Shown one piece after another: positions 25,836 through 37,673 of a stretch of 60,097 bases of DNA. Under the pieces are notes generated by a model, which was given only the letters and a program-made list of their open reading frames with translations, ran no database searches and was not told where the DNA came from. Every line of letters starts with the position of its first letter. Position 1 is the stretch's first letter. The DNA comes from Acidobacteriota bacterium. Its GTDB lineage: Bacteria; Acidobacteriota; UBA6911; RPQK01; JBOGJG01. The position numbers and the translations under genes are program-made. The DNA lies in contig JBOGJG010000330.1 in the NCBI GenBank assembly GCA_050747825.1, positions 1 through 60,097 on the forward strand, in the 5' to 3' direction.

Positions 25836-27688
25836 AGGTTAAAAGTCAAAGGGTCCCTCCTCCCCTTCGAAAATAGCACAAAGGAATGCGCGTTCATTTC
25901 CAGCATGGCCTCACCACTTGAATCGAACTTCGCGGAAAGCCCGCTGCCCGGGCCATTCCACTGCTCCTCCGAGCTGTCCAACATTTTCTCCCAGCGGCCT
26001 TCCGAAAAGGGGAGCTCAACGGAGACCCGGCATTCCCCGAAGTTAAAAACGAGAACTGCCTCGTGTCCTCCAGTCCAGCGCCGCAAGAAGAGGGTCTTCT
26101 GCTCTTCACGAGCGATCACCTCCAGATCATCCTTGCTCAAATTTAGCAGCGCCGGGTGCTCTCTGCGAAGCCGTATAAGAGCCTTGTAGAAGCTGAGCAG
26201 CACGCGAAAAGGCGCCTCCTCGTACAAACGATGGTTGAGCTGCGCGCTTGAGAAGGTGGCCTCATCCTGAGGATCCGGCGGCTCCCCCGGCCACTGGAAA
26301 GAGGCGAACTCCTCCCAGCGGCCCTTCCGGACCGCTTCCTGTAACCCGGGGTCAGAGTGGCTGACAAAATAAGGAAAGGGCGCGGGCTCTCCGTATTCCT
26401 CTCCCATAAACAGCAGCGGCAGGAAAGGGGACAGGATGACGGCTGCAGCCACCAGTTTCTGTCCTTCAAAGGAGAGCATCTTGCTCAGCCGCTCTCCCAG
26501 CCTGCGGTTGCCGACCTGATCATGGTTCTGGGCAAAGACGACTAATTTCCGGGCCGGTATCTCCCGGGAGCTATTCCCATGCCGACGTTTTCGAAAGGAG
26601 GAATATTGGCCCGAGTAAACGTAGCCTTCCTGTAAAGCTTTGGCAAACTGTGAGAGTTCGCCGAAATCCTCATAATAGCCCGTTTTTTCGGGAAGCATCA
26701 GCGTCCGAAGGGAGTGATGAAAGTCGTCATTCCACTGGGCATCGAACTCCCACCCTCCCCGATCACGAGAGTGCACCACTTTCGAATCATTTAGAGCGCT
26801 CTCGGCGATGAGATGGATCTGACGGCCCAACCGTGCAGACTCCGCCTTTACGGCCGCCGTCAGCTCTGCCAGGAACGGCTGAGCTGAAAAATCCCGGATT
26901 GAATGGACGGCATCCAGCCGCAGGCCGTCGATATGGAATTCACGAATCCAGTAGAGCGCATTTTCAAGAAAGAAGCGGCGGACTTCATCACTGTGGGCGC
27001 GGTCGAAGTTAATGGCCTCACCCCAGGGCGTCCTGTATTGATCGGTGAAGTAATATCCGAAATTGGCCAGATAATTTCCCTCAGGGCCGAAGTGGTTGTA
27101 AACCACATCCAGAATCACGGCCCGGCCCACCCTGTGGCAGGCATTCACGAGCTGACGCAATTCGTCGGGTCCGCCGTAGGAATTCTGGACGGCAAAAGGG
27201 TAGACGCCGTCATATCCCCAGTTGCGCTTTCCCGGAAATTGAGCGATCGGCATCAGCTCAACGGCCGTGATCCCGAGGTCCAACAGGTAATTTAAATAGG
27301 GAAGAATGGCAGTAAAAGTTCCCTGAGCAGTGAACGTGCCGACGTGAATCTCATAAAGAATGTAATCCTGCAGCGGCACGCCCTTCCATTCAGTGTCGGT
27401 CCATGAAAATTCCGTATGCATGACCTGAGAAGGGCCGTGTACTCCGCGGGGCTGAAAGCGGGAAGCCGGGTCGGGGAATTCGCTCTCCTCGTTGAGCCTG
27501 TAAATGTAAAGAGCGCCTGGCTCGACGTCCTGGGCGACAACCTGGAAATAGCCTTTTTCGGCCCCCTGCATCGGGATAAGCCGGTCTTCGGGTTCGAGAA
27601 TGTGCACATCGACTTGCCGCGCCTTGGGCGCCCACACACAAAACTCGGTTCGCCCTTCTCCCAGATAGGAGGCGCTAAGTCTGCTCAC
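25832..27688 (-). CDS. treZ: Malto-oligosyltrehalose trehalohydrolase
   Basis: [62 protein letters not shown]. Confidence 0.97.
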   Translation of the reverse strand: MSRLSASYLGEGRTEFCVWAPKARQVDVHILEPEDRLIPMQGAEKGYFQVVAQDVEPGALYIYRLNEESEFPDPASRFQPRGVHGPSQVMHTEFSWTDTEWKGVPLQDYILYEIHVGTFTAQGTFTAILPYLNYLLDLGITAVELMPIAQFPGKRNWGYDGVYPFAVQNSYGGPDELRQLVNACHRVGRAVILDVVYNHFGPEGNYLANFGYYFTDQYRTPWGEAINFDRAHSDEVRRFFLENALYWIREFHIDGLRLDAVHSIRDFSAQPFLAELTAAVKAESARLGRQIHLIAESALNDSKVVHSRDRGGWEFDAQWNDDFHHSLRTLMLPEKTGYYEDFGELSQFAKALQEGYVYSGQYSSFRKRRHGNSSREIPARKLVVFAQNHDQVGNRRLGERLSKMLSFEGQKLVAAAVILSPFLPLLFMGEEYGEPAPFPYFVSHSDPGLQEAVRKGRWEEFASFQWPGEPPDPQDEATFSSAQLNHRLYEEAPFRVLLSFYKALIRLRREHPALLNLSKDDLEVIAREEQKTLFLRRWTGGHEAVLVFNFGECRVSVELPFSEGRWEKMLDSSEEQWNGPGSGLSAKFDSSGEAMLEMNAHSFVLFSKGRRDPLTFNL

Positions 27689-29627
27689 GTTGGCTCTTCA
27701 GAAACACGATGCCCAGAGGCGGCAGCGTCAGGTGCAGCGAATAGGGCCTGCCGTGGACAGCAAACGGAGCGGCCTCCACTCCGCCCATGTTTCCCTGGCC
27801 GCTGCCCCCGTAATCTCTGGCATCGCTGTTCAGGATCTCGTGCCAGAAGCCTCCCCGTGGAACTCCCAAGCGGTAGTTGTGGCGAGGCACCGGTGTAAAG
27901 TTGCCGGCCACGGCGACCAGATCTCCCGTGGACGGGCTCTTGCGGAGAAAGGTCAAGACGCTCTGCTGGGAATCGTTGGCGTCGATCCATTCAAAGCTGT
28001 CGGACGTGAATTCTAGATCATGAAGGCCCGGCTCCCTTCTGTAAGCCCGATTCAATTGCTCCACCCATTTCTGCACCCCCGAGTGAAGCGGGTAGTCCAG
28101 AAGGTGCCATTCCAGACTGCCGTCGTGCTGCCATTCCGTCCACTGGCCGATCTCGCCACCCATAAAGAGCAGCTTCTTGGCCGGCTGGGCATACATGTAA
28201 CCGAACAGAAGCCTCAGATTGGCGAACTTTTGCCAGTAATCGCCGGGCATTTTGCCCAGCAGCGAGCCTTTTCCGTGGACCACTTCATCGTGGGAGAGGG
28301 GCAAAGCAAAGTTTTCGGTAAACGCATAAAGCATGCGGAAGGTCAGGTCATTGTGGTGAAACTTCCGATGGACTGGCTCTTTGGACATGTATCTGAGCGT
28401 GTCATGCATCCAGCCCATGTCCCATTTCATGCCGAAGCCGAGTCCTCCAACATAAGTCGGCCGGGCAACCATGGGCCAGGCTGTGGATTCCTCCGCGATG
28501 GTTTGAACGTCGGGATAATTCTTATAGACCTCCTCGTTAAAGCGGCGCAGGAAATAGATGGCCTCCAGGTTTTCCCGCCCGCCGTGGCGGTTGGGCACCC
28601 ACTCTCCCGGCTTGCGGGAATAGTCGCGGTAAAGCATGGAAGCCACAGCGTCCACGCGAATACCGTCGATATGATACTTATCGAGCCAGAAAAGGGCGCT
28701 GCTCAGGAGAAAATTCCGAACCTCATTTCTCCCGTAGTTGAAAATGTAGCTGTTCCAGTCCGGGTGGTAGCCTTCCTGAAGATTGCCGTGCTCGTAGAGG
28801 TGGGTGCCGTCAAAGTACCCAAGTCCATGCTCGTCGGTGGGGAAATGAGATGGGACCCAGTCCAGGATGACCCCAATCTCGTGCTGATGAAGATAGTCCA
28901 CCAAGTACATCAGATCCTGCGGGGTCCCGAAGCGGCTGGTGGGCGCGAAAAAGCCGGTGGTCTGATATCCCCACGATCCGTAAAAGGGGTGCTCGGTCAG
29001 GGGCATGAATTCAATATGCGTAAACCCCAATCGATTGACGTATTCCGCCAGGCGCGGAGCCAGCTCGCGATAGGAGAGCCAGCGGTCTCCATGCTCCGGG
29101 ACCCGCATCCACGAGCCCAGATGGACTTCGTAGATGGACATCGGGGCGTCAAGCGTGTTGTGGCGACTGCGTGAATTCATCCAGACATCATCGTTCCACT
29201 CATAGTCCAGTTCCCATACCACAGACCCGGTTTTGGGCGGGGTTTCGGTGTGAAAGGCGTATGGGTCGGCTTTATCCACCTGATAACCGCCAAAACGGGA
29301 GACGATGTGATACTTGTAAATTGCCCCGGGCTTCAGGTCCGGAATAAAGCCCTCCCAGATACCCGACTCAGAACCCTCCAGCGAATGTTTCTTCTTGTTC
29401 CATTGATTGAAATCGCCGATGACGAACACGGCTGCGGCGTCGGGCGCCCAGACGGCGAAGTGCGTTCCCGACAATTTGCCGCCGCGCCGCTCGGAAGAAC
29501 GCGGCTGGGAATCGATGTACTGCGCTCCCAGTTTCTTATAGAGCCGGAAATGGTTCCCTTCATTGAAAAGGTAACGGTCGTCATCAGTGATCAAACGAAC
29601 ATCGGTCCTAGTGCTTTTTTGTGCCAT
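27675..29627 (-). CDS. glgB: 1,4-alpha-glucan branching enzyme
   Basis: [71 protein letters not shown]. Confidence 0.97.
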   Translation of the reverse strand: MAQKSTRTDVRLITDDDRYLFNEGNHFRLYKKLGAQYIDSQPRSSERRGGKLSGTHFAVWAPDAAAVFVIGDFNQWNKKKHSLEGSESGIWEGFIPDLKPGAIYKYHIVSRFGGYQVDKADPYAFHTETPPKTGSVVWELDYEWNDDVWMNSRSRHNTLDAPMSIYEVHLGSWMRVPEHGDRWLSYRELAPRLAEYVNRLGFTHIEFMPLTEHPFYGSWGYQTTGFFAPTSRFGTPQDLMYLVDYLHQHEIGVILDWVPSHFPTDEHGLGYFDGTHLYEHGNLQEGYHPDWNSYIFNYGRNEVRNFLLSSALFWLDKYHIDGIRVDAVASMLYRDYSRKPGEWVPNRHGGRENLEAIYFLRRFNEEVYKNYPDVQTIAEESTAWPMVARPTYVGGLGFGMKWDMGWMHDTLRYMSKEPVHRKFHHNDLTFRMLYAFTENFALPLSHDEVVHGKGSLLGKMPGDYWQKFANLRLLFGYMYAQPAKKLLFMGGEIGQWTEWQHDGSLEWHLLDYPLHSGVQKWVEQLNRAYRREPGLHDLEFTSDSFEWIDANDSQQSVLTFLRKSPSTGDLVAVAGNFTPVPRHNYRLGVPRGGFWHEILNSDARDYGGSGQGNMGGVEAAPFAVHGRPYSLHLTLPPLGIVFLKSQREQT

Positions 29628-29637
29628 GTCTATAACT

Positions 29638-32600
29638 TCACACTCTCTGCCGAACCAGTTGCAGAATACCGACCAGCGGGATGCTCACCCAGTCAGGACG
29701 GTTATTAAGCTCGTAGCCCAGCTCGTAAATCGCTTTTTCCAGAAGGTGCACGTCCAGAAGCACTCTTAGCTCCTCCCGGCTTTCAGGCAGGAAAGGGGCG
29801 CTGCCCGCCCTGTAAAGATAGGCCTTCAAGAAAACTACAGATACCCAGTGATGCCAGAGGCGGGCCCATTGCTCCAACGAATGGAAGCCTTCCGAAGTAA
29901 TCCACCCGGCGGACTGGTGGGCGAAGAGGGAGGAATAAGCGGCATAGTGGAACGAGCGGAGCATGCCCGCGACATCCCTTAAGGCGGACCTCTTGAGCCT
30001 GCGCTCCGAAAACGGGCGAGCCGGCTCTCCCTCGAAATCGATGATGACGAAATCCTTCCCGGTATGCAGGACCTGGCCAAGGTGGTAATCACCGTGGCAG
30101 CGGATGCGCATGGCCGTGAGCTTGCGGGCCAGCAGCGAGCCAAAAATTCTTGTTGCCTCGTCCCTGAGGTCGAGCACCTCCTGTACGTTAGTTGCAATCA
30201 ACTCCGGCAGGTGTCTCTGCCTGCGCCGGAGCACTTGGTAGTTCTGCGCCACCAGCGTGCGCAGTGACTGATAATAAGATCTCTGAGTCATGGCGGTGAA
30301 CGGCTCGGGAGCGAAATCGGGATTCTCCGGGTCTGAGGAGAGCGCCAGATGAAGTTCGGCAGTACGCTCCCCGAGCAAGCGGGCGGATTCTATGTAAGTC
30401 CCGAGGATCTCGAAGACGTCGGCCGGCACCTGTTCCTCAGCCAGATCCAGGACCGGCAGATCCGGCGCACGGTATTCGTCGAATCGGTCAAGCCGTGACA
30501 GGGCCCGTTCCATATAGCGACTCAGGTTATCCAGCGTATAGCGCCAGGCATCTCCTTCGTTCTGAACGTATGCCTGAAGCACGCCGAGTATCATGCGCTG
30601 GCCACTCCGGGAGCGATATTCCAGTCCTCCGACAACAGCCGGACTCTGGCTGAATCCTTTTTCGGTCAGAAAACGTCCGATCTCGAGCTCCGGGTTCTCG
30701 CCTTCCTCCAGGCGCCGGAATATTTTGAGAATCAGCCGCCCTCCGTATACGACTGAGGTGTTGCTTTGCTCGGCTCTTGAATAGGATGGCTCCAGGTTCT
30801 GCTCTCTACCGCCCCTTACCCGGTTGAAGGCTTGGGTGGGCCAGATCGTGAGATCCCCCTCTCTTCCTTTGAAGCGGCGACGGGCGGCGACAGCGTCCAG
30901 CAGCGCCTTGCAAAGTTCTTTATCGAAAAGCGCATCGTAAAGCAGGGCGTCCTCGTCTCTCTCTCGAGTTCTCACTTTGATGTCGGAAACCACCGCATAA
31001 GGAAAGGCGTGTTGGATGTGATGCGCCTTGTCGCCGCTGTCAAAGGTGAGAGGAAGGACATAAGTCTCAGGGTCCCCTTCAAAGTATTCGATCTTCACCA
31101 GTGTGACGTAGGCTGTTTTCGCGTTGCTCTCTACGGGCAAGGCTTCGACAATCTGCGCGGAGCGGAGACCACGCGCCTTTCCGCCAAACCAGCGGCGCGG
31201 CGCAATATAATCCGCAAGAATCTCCTCCAGGGCGGCTTTGGACTTGCCTTGAAAAAGCTGGTCGATGCCGGCCGTAAGGACCAGTTCGGGGCCTCGGGTC
31301 GAAATCTTCACTGGGTCTTCTACGCGTTCAGCCTTCAGTACAAACCAGTAGAAGGCGTGCGGCCCAAGAGTGGCCAGATAAGGCAGTCCTCCAATACGTG
31401 GGAAAGCGTTGCGGCTAAAAACCTCGACCGGCACCATGCCCTGAAATTCGGACAGGTCCAGCTCAACATACTGGGCAAAGCGGGAAAGATTAGCCAGCAC
31501 CAGAATCGTCTGCTTCTCAAAAGAGCGGGTGTAGGTCAATACCTTCCGATTTTCAGGGTGAAGGAATTTCAGGTCGCCCCGGCTGAAGGCCTTCAGGCGC
31601 TTTCGCAAAGCAATGATCCGCTTCATCCACCAGAGCAGGGAATGGGCGTTATTGGCCTGGGCCTCCACATTAATGGCTTGGTGGTGATACTCGGGATCAA
31701 TGATCGTGGGGAGATAGAGCCTCTGCGGGTTTCCTCTCGAAAAACCGGCATTTCTATCGGCGCTCCACTGCATGGGCGTGCGTACCCCATCACGGTCGCC
31801 CAGGTAGATATTGTCTCCCATACCGATCTCGTCTCCGTAATAAATCACGGGCGTGCCGGGCAGAGAGAAGAGCAGCCCGTTCATTAGTTCGATCTTTCTC
31901 CGATTATTCCCCAGCAGCGGAGACAGGCGCCGGCGGATGCCGAGGTTGATGCGTGCCTGCGGATCGTAGGCGTAGACGCGGTACATGTAGTCGCGCTCTT
32001 CGTCCGTAACCATCTCCAGGGTCAGTTCGTCATGATTGCGCAGGAAGAGCGCCCACTGGCAGGTATCCGGGATTTCGGGCGTTTGCTCGAGGATGTCGAT
32101 TACCGGAAAGCGATCCTCGGTCCGGATGGCCATGAAAAGTCTGGGCATCAGGGGGAAATGGAAAGACATGTGGCATTCATCCCCGGCTCCAAAGTAAGCC
32201 ACCGCGTCTTCGGGCCACTGATTGGCCTCGGCCAGCAGCATGCGATTGTCGAATTTCGTGTCGAAGTGGGCCCTTAGTTCTTTTAAGAAGCTATGAGTCT
32301 CAGGTAGGTTTTCGCAGGTCGTGCCCTCGCGCTCAAATAGATAGGGAATAGCGTCCAGGCGTAGCCCATCGACTCCCATCCCCAGCCAGAAGTTCATGAT
32401 TCGAAGCACCGCCCGGCGGACTTGGGCGCTGTCAAAGTTCAGGTCAGGCTGATGCGAGTAAAAGCGATGCCAGTAATAAGCCCTGGCCATCGGATCCCAG
32501 GCCCAATTGGAGGACTCGAAATCTTTGAAGATGATCCGCGTGTCTTTGTAGCGATTGGGAGTATCGCTCCACACGTAAAAATCACGCCATCGGCTCCCCG

Positions 32601-32958
32601 GCCGGGCCCGGCGAGCCCTTTGAAACCAGGCATGCTGGTCTGAAGTGTGATTGATGACCAGCTCTGTAATGACTTTCAAATCCCTCTGGTGGGCAGCCCT
32701 GAGTAACGCCTTGAAGTCGCGAAGCGTTCCATAGGCGGGATTAATTCTGGAGTAGTCGGCAATGTCGTAGCCATCGTCCTTTAATGGCGAGGGGTAAAAC
32801 GGGAGCAGCCAGAGCGCCGTCACTCCCAGATCCTGCAGGTAGTCGAGCTTTTCCGCCAGCCCCTTGAAATCGCCGACTCCATCTCCGTCGCTGTCCCGGA
32901 AGGACCGCACGTGCAACTCGTAAATAATCGCGTCCTTATACCAGAGTGCCTCGGCCAT
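29638..32958 (-). CDS. treS: Trehalose synthase (maltose alpha-D-glucosyltransferase) fused to maltokinase
   Basis: [39 protein letters not shown]; C-terminal [34 protein letters not shown]. Confidence 0.97.
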   Translation of the reverse strand: MAEALWYKDAIIYELHVRSFRDSDGDGVGDFKGLAEKLDYLQDLGVTALWLLPFYPSPLKDDGYDIADYSRINPAYGTLRDFKALLRAAHQRDLKVITELVINHTSDQHAWFQRARRARPGSRWRDFYVWSDTPNRYKDTRIIFKDFESSNWAWDPMARAYYWHRFYSHQPDLNFDSAQVRRAVLRIMNFWLGMGVDGLRLDAIPYLFEREGTTCENLPETHSFLKELRAHFDTKFDNRMLLAEANQWPEDAVAYFGAGDECHMSFHFPLMPRLFMAIRTEDRFPVIDILEQTPEIPDTCQWALFLRNHDELTLEMVTDEERDYMYRVYAYDPQARINLGIRRRLSPLLGNNRRKIELMNGLLFSLPGTPVIYYGDEIGMGDNIYLGDRDGVRTPMQWSADRNAGFSRGNPQRLYLPTIIDPEYHHQAINVEAQANNAHSLLWWMKRIIALRKRLKAFSRGDLKFLHPENRKVLTYTRSFEKQTILVLANLSRFAQYVELDLSEFQGMVPVEVFSRNAFPRIGGLPYLATLGPHAFYWFVLKAERVEDPVKISTRGPELVLTAGIDQLFQGKSKAALEEILADYIAPRRWFGGKARGLRSAQIVEALPVESNAKTAYVTLVKIEYFEGDPETYVLPLTFDSGDKAHHIQHAFPYAVVSDIKVRTRERDEDALLYDALFDKELCKALLDAVAARRRFKGREGDLTIWPTQAFNRVRGGREQNLEPSYSRAEQSNTSVVYGGRLILKIFRRLEEGENPELEIGRFLTEKGFSQSPAVVGGLEYRSRSGQRMILGVLQAYVQNEGDAWRYTLDNLSRYMERALSRLDRFDEYRAPDLPVLDLAEEQVPADVFEILGTYIESARLLGERTAELHLALSSDPENPDFAPEPFTAMTQRSYYQSLRTLVAQNYQVLRRRQRHLPELIATNVQEVLDLRDEATRIFGSLLARKLTAMRIRCHGDYHLGQVLHTGKDFVIIDFEGEPARPFSERRLKRSALRDVAGMLRSFHYAAYSSLFAHQSAGWITSEGFHSLEQWARLWHHWVSVVFLKAYLYRAGSAPFLPESREELRVLLDVHLLEKAIYELGYELNNRPDWVSIPLVGILQLVRQRV

Positions 32959-32977
32959 TCTTCCTCGCTACATCTCG

Positions 32978-34963
32978 CTACATGAAGTATTCAAAATCGT
33001 GCTCAGTCCGGACTCGTCTGCGAACTCTCAGGATGTGGGCCGGCACGATCCTCGGGTCCAGCTCAACATAGTTGCGTTTTCCCTGCCACAGATAGCGGGC
33101 TCCCGTCAGCAGGTCGTGCGCCTGGAAAGAGAGATCCGGATCGAGCCCAAAACTTTCCAAGGGAATCTCGATCCATCCCGACTGGGTGTGGTAGGGGTCC
33201 AGATTGACCACCATCACTATCAAATTGGATTCATCGTCGCTCTGCTTGCTGTAGCAGATCAACTGCTCGTTATCGACAGCATGAAACCGCAGGCTTCGGT
33301 CGGATTGCAGTGCACGGTTTTCGCGCCGGATGCGATTGACTGTCGAGATCAGCTCCTTCAAGCTGTCCGGCCCATAAAGGTCCCAGTGGCGGACCTGGTA
33401 CTTCTCGGAATTCAGGTAGTCCTCGCTCCCCCAGTCACGGGCCTGATTCTCGAGCAACTCGAAGGCGGGACCGTAAATGCCGTAGCTGGCGCCCAGCGTG
33501 GCTGCCAGGATCAGCCTGATCATGAAGGCGGGGCGCCCCCCCGTTTGCAGGTACTGGGTCAGGATGTCCGGGGTATTCGGCCACAAATTGGGCCGGAAAT
33601 AGTCTCGGACTTCGGTTTGAGTCAGCTCCGTAAAATACTGCGTCAACTCCCATTTCGTGTTGCGCCAGGCAAAGTAAGTATAAGACTGGCTAAATCCCAG
33701 TTTGGCCAGGCGGTACATAACCTTGGGGCGGGTAAATGCCTCAGAGAGAAAAATAATCTCCGGGTTCTCCTTTTTGATCTCCCCGATCAACCACTCCCAG
33801 AAGGGAAAGGGCTTGGTGTGGGGATTGTCCACTCGAAAGATATGGACACCCTGCTGGATCCAGAAATCGACGACACTTTTCAATTCTTCCCAGAGTTCCT
33901 GCCACGCGTCAGACTCGAAGTCGAAGGGGTAAATATCCTGATACTTCTTCGGCGGATTTTCAGCGTACTGGATGGATCCGTCCGGCCGCCGGCGAAACCA
34001 CTCGGGGTGCGCCTGGACATAAGGATGGTCCGGCGCGCACTGATAAGCCAGGTCCAAGGCTACTTCCAGACCGTAATCTCGAGCCTTCTTGATCAGGCTC
34101 TTGAAATCCTTGAGCGTACCGAGTTCCGGGTGGATACTCTTATGCCCGCCTTCCCTGGCGCCGATGGCCCAGGGACTTCCGGGATCTTCCGGCTGAGCCT
34201 CCATGGCGTTATTTTTTCCTTTGCGGTTGACGCGACCAATCGGGTGGATGGGGGGAAGGTAGAGGACATCAAATCCCAGTTCGGCGATATAAGGGAGCCA
34301 CTTCTCGCAGTCTTTCAAAGTGCCCTGCCGGTCGGGATCTGAAGAGGTGGAGAGGGGGAACAGCTCATACCAAGAGCTGAAACGCGCCCTCTCGCGCTCG
34401 ACTATGACTGCCAGCTCCCTCTTGTATGCCGTGCTATTCGAGCAGGGCGAATGGCGGGACATGAGAGCGGCCAGCCTGTCGCTCAGCAGAAGCGCAGATT
34501 GCGCCTGGCTGTTCGCCGCCGACCCGGCCTCACGCAGTAGAGACTTTAGCAGGCTTGCGGCTTTGCCGGAACGCTGACCGGCGGCCTCCTTGACCAGCGC
34601 CAGGCCGGCCTGAAGGTCAACCGTCACGTCCTGTCCGGCCTCCAGCTTTTTCCTCGTGTCTCGTCTCCAGGATTCAAAGCGATCCACCCAGGCTTGAAGC
34701 GTATAAAGGTAACGGCCCATCTCGCTGACCAGAAAACGGCCCTGCCAGCGGTCGTTGACCATCATCTCCAGCGGCGCTTCCATCCAGTCAGGGTCGGATT
34801 GGCGGCGGAACAGGAGCACGCCTGAGATTAAATCGTGGCTGTCGGTGAAAATATCGGCCTCGACAATGACTTCCTCGCCCACCGTCCGCTTGATCGGAAA
34901 ACGGCCACAATCGATCTCCGGACTGACACGCTCGATTATGACTCTTCGTTTTCCTTCTGCCAT
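32978..34963 (-). CDS. glgE: Alpha-1,4-glucan:maltose-1-phosphate maltosyltransferase
   Basis: RARFSSWYELFP, LPPIHPIG, KGKNNA, GSPWAIG, YAENPPKKYQDIYP, FRVDNPHTKP, FWPNTPDIL-like. Confidence 0.97.
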   Translation of the reverse strand: MAEGKRRVIIERVSPEIDCGRFPIKRTVGEEVIVEADIFTDSHDLISGVLLFRRQSDPDWMEAPLEMMVNDRWQGRFLVSEMGRYLYTLQAWVDRFESWRRDTRKKLEAGQDVTVDLQAGLALVKEAAGQRSGKAASLLKSLLREAGSAANSQAQSALLLSDRLAALMSRHSPCSNSTAYKRELAVIVERERARFSSWYELFPLSTSSDPDRQGTLKDCEKWLPYIAELGFDVLYLPPIHPIGRVNRKGKNNAMEAQPEDPGSPWAIGAREGGHKSIHPELGTLKDFKSLIKKARDYGLEVALDLAYQCAPDHPYVQAHPEWFRRRPDGSIQYAENPPKKYQDIYPFDFESDAWQELWEELKSVVDFWIQQGVHIFRVDNPHTKPFPFWEWLIGEIKKENPEIIFLSEAFTRPKVMYRLAKLGFSQSYTYFAWRNTKWELTQYFTELTQTEVRDYFRPNLWPNTPDILTQYLQTGGRPAFMIRLILAATLGASYGIYGPAFELLENQARDWGSEDYLNSEKYQVRHWDLYGPDSLKELISTVNRIRRENRALQSDRSLRFHAVDNEQLICYSKQSDDESNLIVMVVNLDPYHTQSGWIEIPLESFGLDPDLSFQAHDLLTGARYLWQGKRNYVELDPRIVPAHILRVRRRVRTEHDFEYFM

Positions 34964-34979
34964 CGGGCTCCTGAGTTAG

Positions 34980-35020
34980 CCACGGATTTCATGGTTCTGC
35001 GTTATCCCTGAAATCCGTGG
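34980..35020. repeat. Intergenic 12-bp inverted repeat CCACGGATTTCA/TGAAATCCGTGG (REP-like hairpin)
   Basis: Perfect arms at 34980-34991 and 35009-35020 with a 17-nt loop, between gabD and glgE. Confidence 0.75.
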
Positions 35021-35032
35021 TATTAGTCTCGC

Positions 35033-36418
35033 TCACTTCGCCACCACGACTGTCTGGATGTTGACGAACTCGCGGATGCCGTACTCGGACAGCTCCCGGC
35101 CATAGCCCGAGTTCTTGACGCCTCCGAAGGGCAGCCGGGGGTCGGAAGCCGTCATGCCGTTGATGAAGACCTGTCCTGCTTCGATTTGGCCGGCCAGCTT
35201 GCGCGCCCGCTCCAGGTCGGCAGTCCAGAGGTTTGAGCCCAGCCCGTAAGGCGAATCGTTGGCCAGCCGGATCGCCTCTGCTGCATCGCCGGCCCGGATC
35301 ATGGCGGCTACCGGACCGAAGATCTCTTCAACGGCAGCCACGTTATCCGGGCTCACATCGGTCAAGACCGTCGGCTCAAAGAAGAACCCGCGGCCGGGTC
35401 TTTTTTCGCCGCCGATGATTATTCGGGCGCCTTGTCCTTTCGAACGCCCCACCTGCTCTTGCAGCGAATCTCTAAGATCAGCCCGGGCCAGCGGGCCTAT
35501 AAAAGTGGAAGGGTCTGTCGGATCTCCTACCTTAAGGTTCCGGACCTCCTCGACGAATCGCTCCTGAAAATCTTCAAAGACTTCGGCCGTGATGATGAAG
35601 CGCTTGGCTGCGATGCAGCTCTGGCCCGCGTTCTGGAAGCGGGCCCGAACGCCCGTCTTTGCAGCGGCTTCCAGATCGGCATCCTCTAACACGATAAACG
35701 GATCGGAGCCACCCAGCTCCAGTACCGACTTCTTTATAGACTCTCCGGCACGCGACCCTACTTCCCTGCCTGCACGGTCGCTCCCGGTCAGGGTAACCGC
35801 CGCGATCCGGGAATCCTCAATCAGGGCACCGGCAGCCGAGGATGAGATTAGCAGGGACTGGAAAACGCCTCTGGGAAATCCGCTTTGGGTGAAAATCTCC
35901 TGTATGGCCAGAGCGCACTGCGGCACGTTTGAGGCGTGCTTCAGAATGGCCGTATTGCCTGCCATCAGGGCTGGGGCGGCGAAGCGGATCACCTGCCAGA
36001 GAGGGAAGTTCCAGGGCATGATGGCCAGCACCGTTCCTAAAGGCGTGAACTGGACATAGCTTTCCCGGTCATCCACCTGCCGCTGCTCAGGAGTCAAAAA
36101 CTTTTCCGCATGCTCGGCGTAGTACTCGCAGTTCAAGGCGCACTTCTCGACTTCAGCCTCGGCCTGAGTAATGGGCTTCCCCATCTCAGAGGTGATCAGT
36201 CCCGCCAGTTTCCCCTTGTTCCGGCGCAGGTAAGCGGCAGCCTTTTTAAAAAGATCGGCCCGCTCGCTAAACGACCTCCCCCTCCACTGGCGAAAGGCTC
36301 GGCTGGCCTGATTGAGACCCTCTTCAACCTCCTCAGGCCTGGACTGCTCGAAAGCTCCAAGGACTTCCTCAGTTGCCGGATTGACTGATTGGCACACCTG
36401 ATTCTTAATATTGACCAT
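35033..36418 (-). CDS. gabD: NAD(P)-dependent succinate-semialdehyde dehydrogenase
   Basis: IMPWNFP, LKHASNVP, TLTGS, LELGGSDPFIV, RFQNAGQSCIAAKR, EEIFGP, PFGGVK-x-SGYGRE. Start set at ATG 36418. Confidence 0.9.
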   Translation of the reverse strand: MVNIKNQVCQSVNPATEEVLGAFEQSRPEEVEEGLNQASRAFRQWRGRSFSERADLFKKAAAYLRRNKGKLAGLITSEMGKPITQAEAEVEKCALNCEYYAEHAEKFLTPEQRQVDDRESYVQFTPLGTVLAIMPWNFPLWQVIRFAAPALMAGNTAILKHASNVPQCALAIQEIFTQSGFPRGVFQSLLISSSAAGALIEDSRIAAVTLTGSDRAGREVGSRAGESIKKSVLELGGSDPFIVLEDADLEAAAKTGVRARFQNAGQSCIAAKRFIITAEVFEDFQERFVEEVRNLKVGDPTDPSTFIGPLARADLRDSLQEQVGRSKGQGARIIIGGEKRPGRGFFFEPTVLTDVSPDNVAAVEEIFGPVAAMIRAGDAAEAIRLANDSPYGLGSNLWTADLERARKLAGQIEAGQVFINGMTASDPRLPFGGVKNSGYGRELSEYGIREFVNIQTVVVAK

Positions 36419-36460
36419 ATTCCTACTGACCTCCTTTTGATGCCCGCCACCCGCCACCCG

Positions 36461-37084
36461 TCATCCGCCACTTGTGATGAACCCGCCCTCTATAACGATT
36501 TCCGAAAGCGGCTTCCTTCCCGAAGGTTTCTCCCCGACCTGCTTCTCCTCAGGCAAATCCTCTCTGCGGCCCGGCCTGCCGACAGCTGCCATCGCCTCCA
36601 CCTGATAATCATCGGGGATGCCCAGCGCCTGGCGAGCTTTGTCGTAGTCAAAGCCTTGCATTCCGTGAGCCACCAGCCCTTTTATGGACGCCTGCAGAGC
36701 CAGATTTCCCCAGGCGGCGCCGGCATCGAAGGAGTGGGTACGCGAAGGTTTGCCGTTGCGGTCAAAGGTCGTCTTCGAAATGATCACAATCAGCGCCGCG
36801 GCATTTTTCGCCCAGCTCTTGTTGCCCTGGCCCAGGAGGTCAAAAAATGTCTGCCACTCCGGGCTGTTCCTTCTGGCATAGAGAAACCTCCAGGGTTGGT
36901 TGTTGAAGGATGAGGGTGCCCATCGGGCCGCTTCAAACAGGCCCATTAACTCCTCCCGGGCCATCTCCTCTCCTGACATTGCCCTCGGTGACCAACGGTT
37001 GACAAATACCGGATTGACATCGAACTCCGGTTTCCTGAACTGGCTGACATCAATTTCCATAGTTGTGCTCACAGTCGTACCCAT
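36461..37084 (-). CDS. Nitroreductase family protein
   Basis: RWSPRAMS, AARWAPSSFNNQPWRF, FDAGAAW, AH-x-M-x-GFD, RKPL. Confidence 0.92.
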   Translation of the reverse strand: MGTTVSTTMEIDVSQFRKPEFDVNPVFVNRWSPRAMSGEEMAREELMGLFEAARWAPSSFNNQPWRFLYARRNSPEWQTFFDLLGQGNKSWAKNAAALIVIISKTTFDRNGKPSRTHSFDAGAAWGNLALQASIKGLVAHGMQGFDYDKARQALGIPDDYQVEAMAAVGRPGRREDLPEEKQVGEKPSGRKPLSEIVIEGGFITSGG

Positions 37085-37180
37085 TTCAACTCACTGATTT
37101 AAAAGTATTTAACAACCCGGTAAATATCTTACCAGAGGGAGTCCCGACTCGGAAGGCTTAAGCTGGTACTCAGTCGCAAA

Positions 37181-37210
37181 GCTTGCCGCTGCCATCAGCC
37201 GGCGGCAAGC
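37181..37210 (-). terminator. Strong hairpin, possible minus-strand terminator
   Basis: GCTTGCCGC/GCGGCAAGC perfect 9-bp stem, but only a 3-T tail on the minus strand. Confidence 0.35.
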
Positions 37211-37233
37211 CCAGGCCGGACATTTTGCCTAAG

Positions 37234-37605
37234 TCAGTATTTATTTCCAACAGACCTTATCTTTAAATATGCTGACAGGACGCCCGCCCAAGTCGAAACG
37301 ATCGCTCTTCGGTTAAAGACTGGTGGCTGCTCAATTGCAACATGGCCATGGAGCGGACCAGCAGTCCCAATGTTGCCCGGCGTCGGGTCGGTACCATCGG
37401 GGTCAACGTAATTGACAGGATCATTGAGAACGTAGGAGTAGCGGTTCAGGCGCTGAGGGTCGTAGATGTCGGCGGGAACGGGATCAACGGAGAGCCAGCG
37501 GGCGCCGAAGTAGTCGTTGCCGGTCTCGTCGTCGCGTTTTTGGCCGCGTGTCCTTGCCGTAGCCCACCGAGAAAATCTCCCGGTGCATGATAGCTGAAAT
37601 TCCAA
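37234..37605 (-). pseudogene. Degenerate RHS repeat-associated core remnant
   Basis: GQKRDDETGNDYFGAR-WLSVDP...DPQRLNRYSYVLNDPVNYVDPDG. The usual YYDPxxGRF segment is missing and there is no YD-repeat body. Confidence 0.85.
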
Positions 37606-37673
37606 CGTCCGGGTGCTGAGTGTCCCACTAACTGAAGGTGATTTGGTCCAGTTTTCCCACGCTGTCTAGTGCG

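Noticed and set aside
36443-36471. CCCGCCA/CCGTCAT short heptamer-like run at the nitroreductase end
   Set aside because: Only about four degenerate units; too short to call an element.
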